Assembly (NCBI GenBank): GCA_964448725.1
Contig: CAYVAJ010000005.1
Coordinates: 2,137 to 66,136 of the forward strand
Source of the DNA: an uncultured Gammaproteobacteria bacterium
GTDB lineage: Bacteria > Patescibacteriota > Microgenomatia > Levybacterales > GWA1-39-11
DNA: 64,000 nucleotides
Reading direction: 5' to 3'
Shown: positions 11,141-21,157 of the stretch, piece by piece
Numbering within the stretch: the first letter of the stretch is position 1
Layout of the letters: the number at the start of each line of letters is the position of its first letter
Translations under genes and position numbers: made by a program
Notes under the pieces: model-generated
What the model was told of the DNA's origin: nothing
Database searches by the model: none
What the model saw: only the letters and a program-made list of their open reading frames with translations

Positions 11141-11620
11141 TTAGAACGGTATATCGTCAGGATTAATATCTTCTTCTACCTGTACTGGTTCTTTTTTACT
11201 TGCTGTTTTCTTTGGAGCAGCTTCTTCTGGTTTTTCAGCTTGTTCATCTACTGCTCCTGAATCTTGATACCCTTCATCTGCTGTTCTTTTTGAATCAAGA
11301 ATAAGCATATCGCTAATTACAATTTCTGTAATTGTTCGCTGTGCACCATCTTGCCCTGTCCAGCTTCTTGTTTGCAGTCTGCCCTCAACATATACTTTTC
11401 GCCCTTTTGTTAAGAGCTGTGAACACAGTTCTGCTAATTTATTCCATGCAATAATGCGATGAAACTCTGTATCTTCTTTTTTTTCACCATTCTCGGTCTG
11501 CCACGTGCGGTTTGTCGCAATTCCCAATGTACACACAGCAGTGCCCTGAGGCGTATACCGCAATTCAGGATCGCGTGTCAAATTTCCGATCAACTCTACT
11601 CTATTTAAACTACGTGCCAT
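11141..11620 (-). CDS. ssb: single-stranded DNA-binding protein
   Basis: OB-fold SSB N-terminus (VELIGNLTRDPELRYTPQG), acidic tail ending DDIPF. Confidence 0.85.
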   Translation of the reverse strand: MARSLNRVELIGNLTRDPELRYTPQGTAVCTLGIATNRTWQTENGEKKEDTEFHRIIAWNKLAELCSQLLTKGRKVYVEGRLQTRSWTGQDGAQRTITEIVISDMLILDSKRTADEGYQDSGAVDEQAEKPEEAAPKKTASKKEPVQVEEDINPDDIPF

Positions 11621-11692
11621 ACTTTAGTTTTAAAGTTTATAATGTCCTTTTCTTTATGAACTTTTATAAACTTTCTACTTTAAAAACTTATG

Positions 11693-11965
11693 TTAGTTTC
11701 TCACTAGCAAATATCTTAAAACATCTTCTTGCATACGCATTTTAGCATCAACATCTGTTGGGATAGTCTCTGCCGAAAAATTCATTACCACATATTCACC
11801 AGTTCTCGCATTTTTAATAGGATACGCAAGTTTACGATCTCCCAGTGTATCTGTCTTTGGAGAATCAATCTTTCCAATCCAGTTTTGTACATCTGATAAG
11901 ATTTGGTCACGTCTATCTTTTTTTAAATCACTTTTTAAAATAACAACTAATTTATAATCTCGCAT
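11693..11965 (-). CDS. rpsF: 30S ribosomal protein S6
   Basis: S6-like sequence (MRDYKLVVILKSDL...). Start moved to the internal ATG (track 11980). First gene of the rpsF-ssb-rpsR operon. Confidence 0.8.
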   Translation of the reverse strand: MRDYKLVVILKSDLKKDRRDQILSDVQNWIGKIDSPKTDTLGDRKLAYPIKNARTGEYVVMNFSAETIPTDVDAKMRMQEDVLRYLLVRN

Positions 11966-12113
11966 AGTTTGTGCAAACAAATAGATTTCCGCTCAGGGAA
12001 ATTATTCCTCTAATGATACTAAACAGATCATAAATTTACAAGTGCCAAACGAGAAATAAGCAAGAAGAGGTGATTGGTTATTATCCATTGACAGTCTGCG
12101 TTATAATAGATAT

Positions 12114-13250
12114 ATGAAACGGCTCCTTATCCTTCTCGTTGTGTTAGTCGGAATAGCAGTTGTCTGGGAAGTTGCTTCCCGATACTTTCCTCAAATTCGT
12201 GAATTAACTGAAAGAACAGAACTTGTTCCTCCAACAGAAAATACCAGAATACTCAGAGAAGAGAATTTAGTAATAGATGTTGTAAAAGAAGTGGGCCCAT
12301 CTGTCATAACTATTGGAGTACATGCACCCCAAAATTCTCGATCTAGAGATCCATTTTCATTTTTCTTTGGTCAACCACCAGAACCAGAGAGTGATACAGG
12401 CGATGATATTCAATATATTGGTTCAGGTTTTGTGGTTGATCGTAATGGAATGATTGTCACGAACAAGCATGTTGTTTCTGATATACAAAGTAGTTATGTA
12501 GTTGTCAATGACCAGGGGGAATCTTTTGAAGTTGAGCGCATCTATCGCGATCCCCTTAATGATATTGCAATTTTACGTATTCAAAACGGAAATCTTCCAC
12601 CAGTCGAGCTAGGTGACTCGTCACAATTACAAGTAGGACAATTTGTGATTGCGATAGGAACTGCTTTAGGAGAATTCCGTAATACTGTTACAACTGGAGT
12701 TATTTCAGGTCTTGGCCGTGGAATTACTGCAGGAAGTCCATTTGAGGGATTTGTGGAGCGGCTTGATAACGTAATCCAAACAGACGCAGCAGTAAATCCT
12801 GGCAATTCAGGAGGACCTCTTCTCAATTCTGCAGGACAAGTTATTGGTGTAAATACTGCTGTTGCTGCAGGCGGACAAAATATTGCATTTACAATCCCTA
12901 TTAATGTTGTTAAGGATTCATTGCAAAATTTCAATGAGACAGGACAATTTAATCGACCATTTATTGGGGTCGCCTATACTATGGTTAGCCGTCAATCTGC
13001 ACTTGCCAATGATGTACCGCAAGGCGCATTTGTACAAGAAGTTGTTGCAAACTCTCCTGCTCAAGCTGCAGGAATTCAGGAAGGAGATATTATCACAAAA
13101 ATTGATGGTAAAGCAGTAACCGATGAAAATGGCGGACTGGCTGGTGCAATAGCAAATAACCAGGTCAACGATACTATCACAATTGAATATTTCCGTAATG
13201 GACAAACAGAACAAATACAATTAACTCTAGGAAACGCAACTGAGCAATAA
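12114..13250 (+). CDS. htrA: HtrA/DegP-family trypsin-like serine protease with C-terminal PDZ
   Basis: Catalytic triad context (TNKHVV, DIAILR, GNSGGPLLN) plus a PDZ segment. N-terminal TM anchor. Confidence 0.85.
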   Translation: MKRLLILLVVLVGIAVVWEVASRYFPQIRELTERTELVPPTENTRILREENLVIDVVKEVGPSVITIGVHAPQNSRSRDPFSFFFGQPPEPESDTGDDIQYIGSGFVVDRNGMIVTNKHVVSDIQSSYVVVNDQGESFEVERIYRDPLNDIAILRIQNGNLPPVELGDSSQLQVGQFVIAIGTALGEFRNTVTTGVISGLGRGITAGSPFEGFVERLDNVIQTDAAVNPGNSGGPLLNSAGQVIGVNTAVAAGGQNIAFTIPINVVKDSLQNFNETGQFNRPFIGVAYTMVSRQSALANDVPQGAFVQEVVANSPAQAAGIQEGDIITKIDGKAVTDENGGLAGAIANNQVNDTITIEYFRNGQTEQIQLTLGNATEQ

Positions 13251-13289
13251 ATGGCATACATTAATTGTGGCAGTTAGCTCTTATACACT

Positions 13290-14342
13290 CTATCCTGCAA
13301 GCATTGCACCACCGATAATTGAATCATCATCAACTTTTATAAATCCTACAGAGTATTTTGTCAGCATTGAAATATATGTCTCAACAAGAGTTTTGTAATT
13401 ATCAGCTTTCCAAAAGAGACTTCCTTCCATAGCTCCAATCATATCTTGCTTTTTATACTCTAAAATTCCGGCAATCTGACAGGCAACAAGACTTGCTGAG
13501 CGATCAAAAAGTTTCCGTGCTTCCTGCCCTTGTGTACTATCTTCTTGAGATAACTGAGCAAGTGTCCCTGTGTCCGGAATCAGTTTGTCTGTATGATGGA
13601 GATTGTAGTGTTGGTATAAATACGCACCAGAAACCTCTTTTTCAAATAGAGCTTTTCCTCTATGCACAGACATACCGTCTATTGTTTTTGCTTCAAGAGA
13701 TACGGGGAACTTATCAAAATTTGCTGATTCTAAATTGATTGCTTCATATTGATTATTAAAATACGCAAAATTCACACCTGTACCGATAATTCCTCCAAAT
13801 ATTTTTTCTTTTGGAAACTGGGAAAGACCTGAGAGTAATAAACAAATTGCATCATTTGCAGTTGTTACTGTTATATTTTTTCCAGTTAATTCATACGCAT
13901 TCTTTGTAATCTCTTCACCTATCTCTTGTCCTACAAGGCCGAGAAATTCATTTTCTTTTGTTCCTGAAAGAAGGATCCCATCAAGATGTGTACTCTTAAA
14001 TACTGGCTGTAATGGATACGCAAGATTGAGTGTGAGAAGGTTAATCTTCTGATCTAAATGCTCATTAATATATAATAGAAAATCATCTTTTGTTATAAAT
14101 TTAGGAGGGTGTGATTTTTTCTTTGAGAGAACTATGATTGATCCATTTACTTTTTTACACAGCGCAGATCGGAACACTGTCCCTCCAATAACCATTACCT
14201 GAAAAAGTTCACCATCACCAATAAGTGGTTTATCTGGCAAGGTATGACGAATATATGGTAGACTACTCTGCTCATTGTTTTCAGCTCGGGTAAGTTCTGA
14301 AACAAAGTTATCTTTTATTGTAGTGAGTAACTTTAAATCCAT
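13290..14342 (-). CDS. hexokinase-family sugar kinase
   Basis: Hexokinase-like phosphate-1 (VIGGTVFRSAL) and connect/adenosine motifs (IIGTGVNFAYF, GSLFW). Start placed at the internal MDLKLL; the track start at 14444 adds 34 residues. Confidence 0.55.
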   Translation of the reverse strand: MDLKLLTTIKDNFVSELTRAENNEQSSLPYIRHTLPDKPLIGDGELFQVMVIGGTVFRSALCKKVNGSIIVLSKKKSHPPKFITKDDFLLYINEHLDQKINLLTLNLAYPLQPVFKSTHLDGILLSGTKENEFLGLVGQEIGEEITKNAYELTGKNITVTTANDAICLLLSGLSQFPKEKIFGGIIGTGVNFAYFNNQYEAINLESANFDKFPVSLEAKTIDGMSVHRGKALFEKEVSGAYLYQHYNLHHTDKLIPDTGTLAQLSQEDSTQGQEARKLFDRSASLVACQIAGILEYKKQDMIGAMEGSLFWKADNYKTLVETYISMLTKYSVGFIKVDDDSIIGGAMLAG

Positions 14343-14528
14343 GGTAACAGTAATAATGTGAAAATTAGTTATACTCGTGCCATACTTTATTGCTGACAAG
14401 AGATACCTACTATTCATAGTACAGAGAAAAATCATATACTGCAATTCATGCGTGCGTTTCGGAATATTCCAGACATTAATTTAATACAATAACCAATTGA
14501 AAAAAGTATTGATTTAGCAGTATAATCA

Positions 14529-15827
14529 ATGTGCATGATTCCTCCGAATTTAGCGGAAATAGCATACCCAATATCATTCCGCAAAACAGATGCCACTACT
14601 CTTGGGGAGCATTTACGACTCCGTCAGAGCGTTGAGCTCATCGGAATGAAACGAGTTGGTATTAGTAATTTTTTGCGATTTTTTTTATATCACCAAGATA
14701 TTGTTAGTACATACATCAGTAAAGATGAACACCATATATTTATTCCAGTCGATCTTAATGATCTTGTCGAACGAGAATTAAAACCATTTTGGATTTTAAC
14801 GCTCAAAAGAATTGCTGATGCAACTGAGGAATCAACAGTATCCACTGAGACAAAACACAAAATTTCAGCACTTTTTCTGCAAAGTATTCAATTACAAAAT
14901 AATTTTTTAACAATTGAAAACATAAAAAAAGCAGTATTGTTACTTATATCAGAGAATATGGTTCCTACTCTGTTTTTTCTCCGTTTCGACCGTATGAGAG
15001 AAACAGTTACCCATGAATCATTTACCAATATTCAAGGCCTGATTGAATCAACTAATAGACAACTTGCATGTGTATTCACCAGTGAGAGACCGCTTGATCA
15101 AATACGGCCAGATGTATTTACCCGTGAAGAACTTACCACATTCTCACATCTCATGTATCTAAAACCTGCCCGTGTTGCAGATAGCTATATCATGCACTCA
15201 ACAATACTTGATCGATACAACATTACCCAACCTGAAAAAATCAAACAAGCAGTTATATCGTGCACGGGTGGTCATATGCAATATATATATCTTGCCAATA
15301 TTATTCTATACGAAAAATTTAATGGAAAACCCGATCCCAAATTCATAAAAAATGAGTTACTAGATCTACTTTTAAAGGATGAACGGATAAAATTACAGTC
15401 GGAGGAAATATATGAGAGTTTTACCAAAAATGAGCAAAATACTATTCGTAAAATTGCACAGCAAAAAATTACTATTATTCCTGATGACTCAAATTATCTA
15501 CGCGATACAGGCGTAGTTGAGAAAACAAAAATTTTCAGCCCGCTCTTTGAGGCATATTTATTACAAAATAAGCACACATCTCCAGAGACAGTCGAGTTTA
15601 GTAAAAAAGAACACAAGCTTTATACCCTTTTACTTGAAAATATAAACAACATTTGTGAAAGAGATACAATAATCTCAGCTGTTTGGCCAGAATCAGAAGA
15701 AATTGGTGTATCAGACTGGACAATTGATCGCCTTATCGCTCGACTTAGACATAAACTCTCTGTACAAAAAAGCAATTATTCTATAATTACCGTTAAAACA
15801 AGAGGATACAAGCTCGTGCAGAGCTAA
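14529..15827 (+). CDS. regulator with N-terminal ATPase-like domain (degenerate P-loop) and C-terminal OmpR/PhoB-type winged-helix DNA-binding domain
   Basis: The C-terminus (LYTLLLENINNICERDTIISAVWPE...TIDRLIARLRHKL...ITVKTRGYKLV) matches the trans_reg_C fold. N-terminal GMKRVGISNF looks like a Walker A that has lost the Lys-Ser/Thr. Confidence 0.5.
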   Translation: MCMIPPNLAEIAYPISFRKTDATTLGEHLRLRQSVELIGMKRVGISNFLRFFLYHQDIVSTYISKDEHHIFIPVDLNDLVERELKPFWILTLKRIADATEESTVSTETKHKISALFLQSIQLQNNFLTIENIKKAVLLLISENMVPTLFFLRFDRMRETVTHESFTNIQGLIESTNRQLACVFTSERPLDQIRPDVFTREELTTFSHLMYLKPARVADSYIMHSTILDRYNITQPEKIKQAVISCTGGHMQYIYLANIILYEKFNGKPDPKFIKNELLDLLLKDERIKLQSEEIYESFTKNEQNTIRKIAQQKITIIPDDSNYLRDTGVVEKTKIFSPLFEAYLLQNKHTSPETVEFSKKEHKLYTLLLENINNICERDTIISAVWPESEEIGVSDWTIDRLIARLRHKLSVQKSNYSIITVKTRGYKLVQS

Positions 15828-15942
15828 CTGCTAAGATACTCCCTTTCTTAACATTATTTATTCGAGTAATTACAGCAAAGATAATTCTAACTCTTGGTTC
15901 GTTATTCTTTATACTGCCTATTCAATACTGTATACTAACATT

Positions 15943-16356
15943 ATGAGCGATAACCAAAAAGGGATTGGTGAGAAACTTATAGAAGCAGGTATTTCATCAG
16001 TCAAAGCAGGAAGTGATGAAATAAAAACAACTGTCTCGACTGCTATTGGACAAGTTACTGGACAGCCGATAAAGACAGATCAAGAACTCCAACAAATTGC
16101 AGCACATGATAAAGAGTCTTCAGGAAAGCGAATAGATGAAATTCAGCAAGAACTTGCAAAACAAAAGATGAGACGTTTTCAAGAAGTCTCTAATTGGCAA
16201 ACCCCTTCTGTTCCTGCGCCTGAGCCAAATGGTCCTGAAATTCCTCAATCCCGACAAGCTCAACTACATCAATCATCTCCATCTGCTCCACAACCTGCTG
16301 AATCAGTACGACAGGCAGTCGGAAAATCCGAGCTCGGCCGCAATTTTAAAGGTTAA
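15943..16356 (+). CDS. hypothetical low-complexity protein
   Basis: ATG start, Gln/Pro/Ser-rich, probably disordered. No family. Confidence 0.3.
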   Translation: MSDNQKGIGEKLIEAGISSVKAGSDEIKTTVSTAIGQVTGQPIKTDQELQQIAAHDKESSGKRIDEIQQELAKQKMRRFQEVSNWQTPSVPAPEPNGPEIPQSRQAQLHQSSPSAPQPAESVRQAVGKSELGRNFKG

Positions 16357-16372
16357 TATCTGATATAATTGG

Positions 16373-17578
16373 ATGATTATGATCGAACCAAGAACACTCA
16401 AAGGTTTTCGTGACTTTTTGCCTCAAGAAGCACGAAAAAGACAGTATGTTATAAAAACCCTGCGAAAGGTGTTTGAGTCATATGGTTTTGAACCACTTGA
16501 GACTCCTACTCTAGAATATGAAGAAATATTAGCAGGGAAATATGGTGAGGAAGGAGAAAAATTGATGTATCGATTTACCGATCAAGGAGGACGTGCTGTT
16601 GCAATGCGATACGACCAAACAGTGCCACTTGCACGCGTTATTGCACAATACCGTCAAGAACTTCCTACTCCCTTTAAACGGTACCAAATTCAAAACGTAT
16701 GGCGAGCTGAAAATACACAAAGAGGTCGGTACCGCGAATTTTTTCAGGCAGATATTGATACGGTTGGTTCAACATCAGCTCTATCTGACGCAGAAACACT
16801 TGCAGTAATTTATGATTCCTACTCCGCACTTGGATTTACCAACTTTTCTTTACGAATCAATGACCGAAAAGTATTTGGAGATTTATCAACATCTGCCATT
16901 ATTATTATCGATAAATTAAAAAAAATTGGAGAAGAAGCAGTTATTGCAGAACTTGATAAAATAGGAGTATCCAAAGAATCGTTTGAAACCATGAAGAATG
17001 CTTCCCCTACTGAAAATCTTCAAAGTATTATCTCCTCAGCAAAACGCCTCGGAGTCCCAGAAAAAGCTCTGCTGTTTGACCCAACTCTTGCTCGAGGACT
17101 TGACTACTATACCGGAATTATTATTGAAGCTGAAGTTGCAGAATTTAAGGCAGGATCAGTTGGTGGCGGCGGACGATATGATAATTTGATCGGCATGTTT
17201 GGAAAAGATTCAGTCCCAGCAATAGGCTTTGCTTTTGGGTTTGATCGAACGATTGAGGCTATGCAAACGCTCAATCTTTTCCCAGACAATTTATACACTA
17301 CACAAGTCCTGGTAACTATTTTTTCAGAAGAATTTCTAGACCGCTCACTTTCTATTACCTCCCAGCTCCGGTCAAAAAATATCAAAGCAGAAATCTATCT
17401 TGATCCTGTCGCTAAAATGGAAAAACAACTCAAATATGCTGATAAAAAAAATATTCCCTATGTTGTCATTATAGGACCTGAAGAAGCAGCACAAAATAAA
17501 GTAACGGTGAAAAACTTAACTACTGGTGAGCAAAAAATAATCGATCAATCTACTCTTATTGAGGCAATTAAATTCTAA
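16373..17578 (+). CDS. hisS: histidyl-tRNA synthetase
   Basis: Class II motifs (RYDQTVPLARV, QIQNVWRAE..RGRYREFFQADID, GGGGRYDNL) and a C-terminal anticodon-binding domain. Confidence 0.85.
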   Translation: MIMIEPRTLKGFRDFLPQEARKRQYVIKTLRKVFESYGFEPLETPTLEYEEILAGKYGEEGEKLMYRFTDQGGRAVAMRYDQTVPLARVIAQYRQELPTPFKRYQIQNVWRAENTQRGRYREFFQADIDTVGSTSALSDAETLAVIYDSYSALGFTNFSLRINDRKVFGDLSTSAIIIIDKLKKIGEEAVIAELDKIGVSKESFETMKNASPTENLQSIISSAKRLGVPEKALLFDPTLARGLDYYTGIIIEAEVAEFKAGSVGGGGRYDNLIGMFGKDSVPAIGFAFGFDRTIEAMQTLNLFPDNLYTTQVLVTIFSEEFLDRSLSITSQLRSKNIKAEIYLDPVAKMEKQLKYADKKNIPYVVIIGPEEAAQNKVTVKNLTTGEQKIIDQSTLIEAIKF

Positions 17579-17621
17579 TACATCTCTTAATAATCCCATA
17601 AATGAGACTTAGCTAATATTT

Positions 17622-18572
17622 TTATGTTAAAAGGATTTCTCGATCCTGATCGAATATTTTCCTTAATTTACGTTGAGCTAAATTACAACGTGTCTTTATT
17701 GTACCAAGACTAATATCTAATTCTTGTGCAATCTCTGACTGTGATTTATCTTCTAAGCGTAATAACATTACCTCTCTTTGCGGCTCAGGAAGCTCATCAA
17801 TTGCTTTTCTTACCAGATACTGTGTTTCCTTTCTCATAACCTGCTCTTCCGTGCCTTCTTGCTGCTCTTCTATTGAATGTCTTACCATCACTTCATCGTC
17901 ATTTTCTCTCTCATACTGAAAATCAGAAGTATTAGCTATTTTTACTCTGCGCTGAAATTTTCTCCACTCATCAATTCCTTGCTTCATTAGGCTACCATAA
18001 AAATAGCTAAAAGGATTTTGATCAAAATCAATGTCATTACGTTTTCTCCAAAATTTTAATATCATATCTTGTAACACATCTTCTGGCACAATATGCTGTA
18101 TGTGATCGCCCATTCCTACCTGCTTTGTATAAGCTATTCCTTTAAATATTTTGTAATTTTCTTCTAAAAATTGTACAGTTATTCGATCAATGTCTTCTTG
18201 CTCAGTTTTTGATAACTCGATATCTTCTTCTACTATTTGTTCCTCAGAATGATTGGTATCAGAGCTATTAACTTCTGTCTCATGAATTTTATGAGATCCA
18301 TTTCTGATTTCATCCCAACTATATCCCTGTTCATGAGCTTGTAAGGTTTCTTGCCACGATGCTTTAAACCTATTGTGGAAATTAATAATACGTTGCTGAA
18401 TTTTTTGTTGTAGAATTTCTTCTTCACTATACACAGTGGGATCATCAACAGAAGGTAAAAGAGCAAGAGTATCATCATCATACTCTTCTTCCCATGTTTG
18501 CACATTTTCCACTAACATGGGTAATTTTTGTGTTTCGTATATTTCTAATGATTCTCTTCTTTCTGCTGACAT
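17622..18572 (-). CDS. sigma-70 family (ECF-like) RNA polymerase sigma factor with a long acidic N-terminal extension
   Basis: Region 4 HTH (PEPQREVMLLRLEDKSQSEIAQELDISLGTIKTRCNLAQRKLRK) and a region-2-like segment (DMILKFWRKRNDIDFDQNPFSYFYG), preceded by about 130 acidic residues. Confidence 0.6.
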   Translation of the reverse strand: MSAERRESLEIYETQKLPMLVENVQTWEEEYDDDTLALLPSVDDPTVYSEEEILQQKIQQRIINFHNRFKASWQETLQAHEQGYSWDEIRNGSHKIHETEVNSSDTNHSEEQIVEEDIELSKTEQEDIDRITVQFLEENYKIFKGIAYTKQVGMGDHIQHIVPEDVLQDMILKFWRKRNDIDFDQNPFSYFYGSLMKQGIDEWRKFQRRVKIANTSDFQYERENDDEVMVRHSIEEQQEGTEEQVMRKETQYLVRKAIDELPEPQREVMLLRLEDKSQSEIAQELDISLGTIKTRCNLAQRKLRKIFDQDREILLT

Positions 18573-18872
18573 ACTAATTTTAATACAAAAAAACCCCCCT
18601 TTTTTTCTGGGAGGTTGATGAGCATATATACTACTCTTCTAATCTCCCTCACCACATAATAATCACAGCGAGGTGAGAGGAATTTTGCTTAGTTGTAAAA
18701 GTTTTTGCGTTCATATGGCTTAATTGTAATCCTTGCTGCGTTATTGTCAAGAGGACTGCGTTAATACGTCACTTTACCGAAATCATACTGTCCCATAAAG
18801 AGGAGTATTCATTATCTAATTGTTTTGTGGTTAAATTAATAAGTACGTCAATACACGATAAACTTTATTTAT

Positions 18873-19772
18873 ATGAGAACTGCCTATCTTTCGCTTTTTA
18901 TTGCAGCAACTATTTGGGGTATTACCATCCCTGCCATGAAATATGCCCTTGAGTATGTACCTGTATTTGTTCTTGCCTTTATTCGATTTGCAGGTGCTTC
19001 TTTGATCTTATATCCATTTGTCAGAAAAAATCTTGCGATTAAGCCTCAACATTTTCTACTAATCATAGCTGCAGGACTTACTGGGATATCGTTCCATATT
19101 GCGTTTTTCTTTTATGGACTTACGTATACTTCAGCATCAAATGCAGGTGTCTTATTTGCATCAGCTCCACTTTTTACCTTATTATTTGCAGCACTCTTTT
19201 TAAGAGAAAAGATCTCCAAACGAATGATCTTTGGCGCACTGGTAGGATTTATTGGAATTATTGTGGTTACAATACCCCATGCACACGGTACTGTTACATT
19301 TGCTCCTATTGGCGACATACTCATTTTAGCAAGTACATTTTCACTTGTTCTCTACCAGATTTTTAGTAAAAAATTGTTTGCTCATTACACAGCATCTGTG
19401 GTGACCTTTTACTCGTTTCTCATTGGATCAATTACATTTGCTCCCATGGCATTGCAATATTTTGTGCAAAAACCAACATTTTTTACAGAATTACCAACAA
19501 ATTCACTTCTTGCAATAGGATTTGGAATTGTTTTCTCATCTTTTATTGCATACTCTCTCTGGCAAAAAGGATTAACGAAAGTAAGTGCTTCACGTGTTGG
19601 ATTTTTTCTCTATCTTGATCCTATTATCGCCACTGTAACAGCAGTAATTTTGCTTAATGAAACTATCACTCCTCTATTTGTGATTGGATCTTTTCTCATT
19701 TTTGGGGGTATCTTGATCGCACATAGTCATATCAAACAAACTCGCAAAAAATCTAAAAAACGAAGACACTAA
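18873..19772 (+). CDS. EamA/DMT-family transporter
   Basis: Ten predicted TM helices in two EamA-like halves. Confidence 0.75.
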   Translation: MRTAYLSLFIAATIWGITIPAMKYALEYVPVFVLAFIRFAGASLILYPFVRKNLAIKPQHFLLIIAAGLTGISFHIAFFFYGLTYTSASNAGVLFASAPLFTLLFAALFLREKISKRMIFGALVGFIGIIVVTIPHAHGTVTFAPIGDILILASTFSLVLYQIFSKKLFAHYTASVVTFYSFLIGSITFAPMALQYFVQKPTFFTELPTNSLLAIGFGIVFSSFIAYSLWQKGLTKVSASRVGFFLYLDPIIATVTAVILLNETITPLFVIGSFLIFGGILIAHSHIKQTRKKSKKRRH

Positions 19773-19811
19773 CTTGAATTCACACGCATATTCAGGTATA
19801 ATGCAGTAGAT

Positions 19812-20102
19812 ATGAAAGCAAATATTCATCCTAGATACAATGAAATGACTTCAGTTACCTGCTCTTGCGGGAATTCATTTACTGTGGGATCAACAGTTGA
19901 CTCAATTCACGTTGAGCTGTGCAGCAACTGTCATCCGTTTTATACTGGTCAGCAAAAGTTTGTGGACACAGCATCTCGTATTGAAAAATTCCAGAAAAAA
20001 ATGGATCGCAAGCAAGAAGATTATCGAAAGAAAACAGTAGAGAAAAAAGAAGAAGCTCGTCCGCTGACTCTCCGAGAAATGCTCCAGGCACTCAAAAAAT
20101 AA
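19812..20102 (+). CDS. rpmE: 50S ribosomal protein L31
   Basis: MKANIHP...CSCGNSF...[17 protein letters not shown] is the L31 Zn-ribbon signature. Confidence 0.85.
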   Translation: MKANIHPRYNEMTSVTCSCGNSFTVGSTVDSIHVELCSNCHPFYTGQQKFVDTASRIEKFQKKMDRKQEDYRKKTVEKKEEARPLTLREMLQALKK

Positions 20103-20180
20103 CAATATTTGCACATAGCGTGTAGCTTGTGGCAAATAAAACTTTTTCCCACCCGCTATCTGCTATAATTCCAAGATAGT

Positions 20181-21083
20181 ATGGATAGATCAGTTATTCT
20201 CTCACAAATTTCATTTATAGACTCTAAAATTTCCGAAACCGAAGAATTACTTAGTGATCCGGAAATGTCCGTATTAGCACAAGAGGAACTTGACAGTCTT
20301 AAAAAAGACAAAGCCGCATTACAACAGCAATTAGATGAGATCACTCAATCGTCAGCAAGCGCTGATAATGGAATGCAGCTTAATAATAAAAATATTATTC
20401 TTGAGGTAAAAGGAGCTGCTGGTGGTGATGAGGCAAAAATTTGGGCAAGGGAACTACTCCGCATGTATATGCGTTATGCAGAACGCCGTGGGTTAAAGTA
20501 TGAGATGCTTGATGAATCGACAATTAAAATTATTGGCCGAAATGCTTTTGCTGAATTTAAATATGAAACAGGAGTACATCGAGTACAACGCATTCCAGAG
20601 ACAGAGAAACGGGGCCGTGTACATACATCAACTGCCATTGTGTCAGTACTGCCCGAACTAGAAGATATTGATTTACACATTAAAGATGAAGATATTCAGT
20701 TTGAAGCCTTCAGAAGCGGAGGACATGGCGGACAAAATGTAAATAAAGTATCAACGGCAGTCCGCTTGATTCACACTCCAACGGGACTTATGGTAACCTG
20801 CTCAAATGAGCGGACACAAAACCAAAACCGCGAGATAGCTATGCAAATGCTCCGTGCAAAGCTCTGGGAAATAGAAGTTACCAAAAGACAGGAAACAATG
20901 TCAGAACTTAAAAGTACTCAAGTAGGAAGCGGATCCAGAGCTGAAAAAATCAGAACATATAATTTTCCTCAGGACCGGGTAACTGATCATCGTATTAATA
21001 AATCATTCCATAATCTTCCGCTCGTAATGGATGGAGATATCGGAAAAATCATCGAAGCAATGAAAGAATTGGAAAGCGAATAA
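20181..21083 (+). CDS. prfA: peptide chain release factor 1
   Basis: GGQ motif (FRSGGHGGQNVNKVSTAVRL), a PxT-type tripeptide (PET) and an RF1-like N-terminus (DPEM..LAQEEL, LEVKGAAGGDEA). Confidence 0.8.
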   Translation: MDRSVILSQISFIDSKISETEELLSDPEMSVLAQEELDSLKKDKAALQQQLDEITQSSASADNGMQLNNKNIILEVKGAAGGDEAKIWARELLRMYMRYAERRGLKYEMLDESTIKIIGRNAFAEFKYETGVHRVQRIPETEKRGRVHTSTAIVSVLPELEDIDLHIKDEDIQFEAFRSGGHGGQNVNKVSTAVRLIHTPTGLMVTCSNERTQNQNREIAMQMLRAKLWEIEVTKRQETMSELKSTQVGSGSRAEKIRTYNFPQDRVTDHRINKSFHNLPLVMDGDIGKIIEAMKELESE

Positions 21084-21157
21084 AATATTTATTATTGGCT
21101 AATTTCAGAATACAGCTTGTTTAATATAATATATAATCAATAATCTCTCATAAATAA

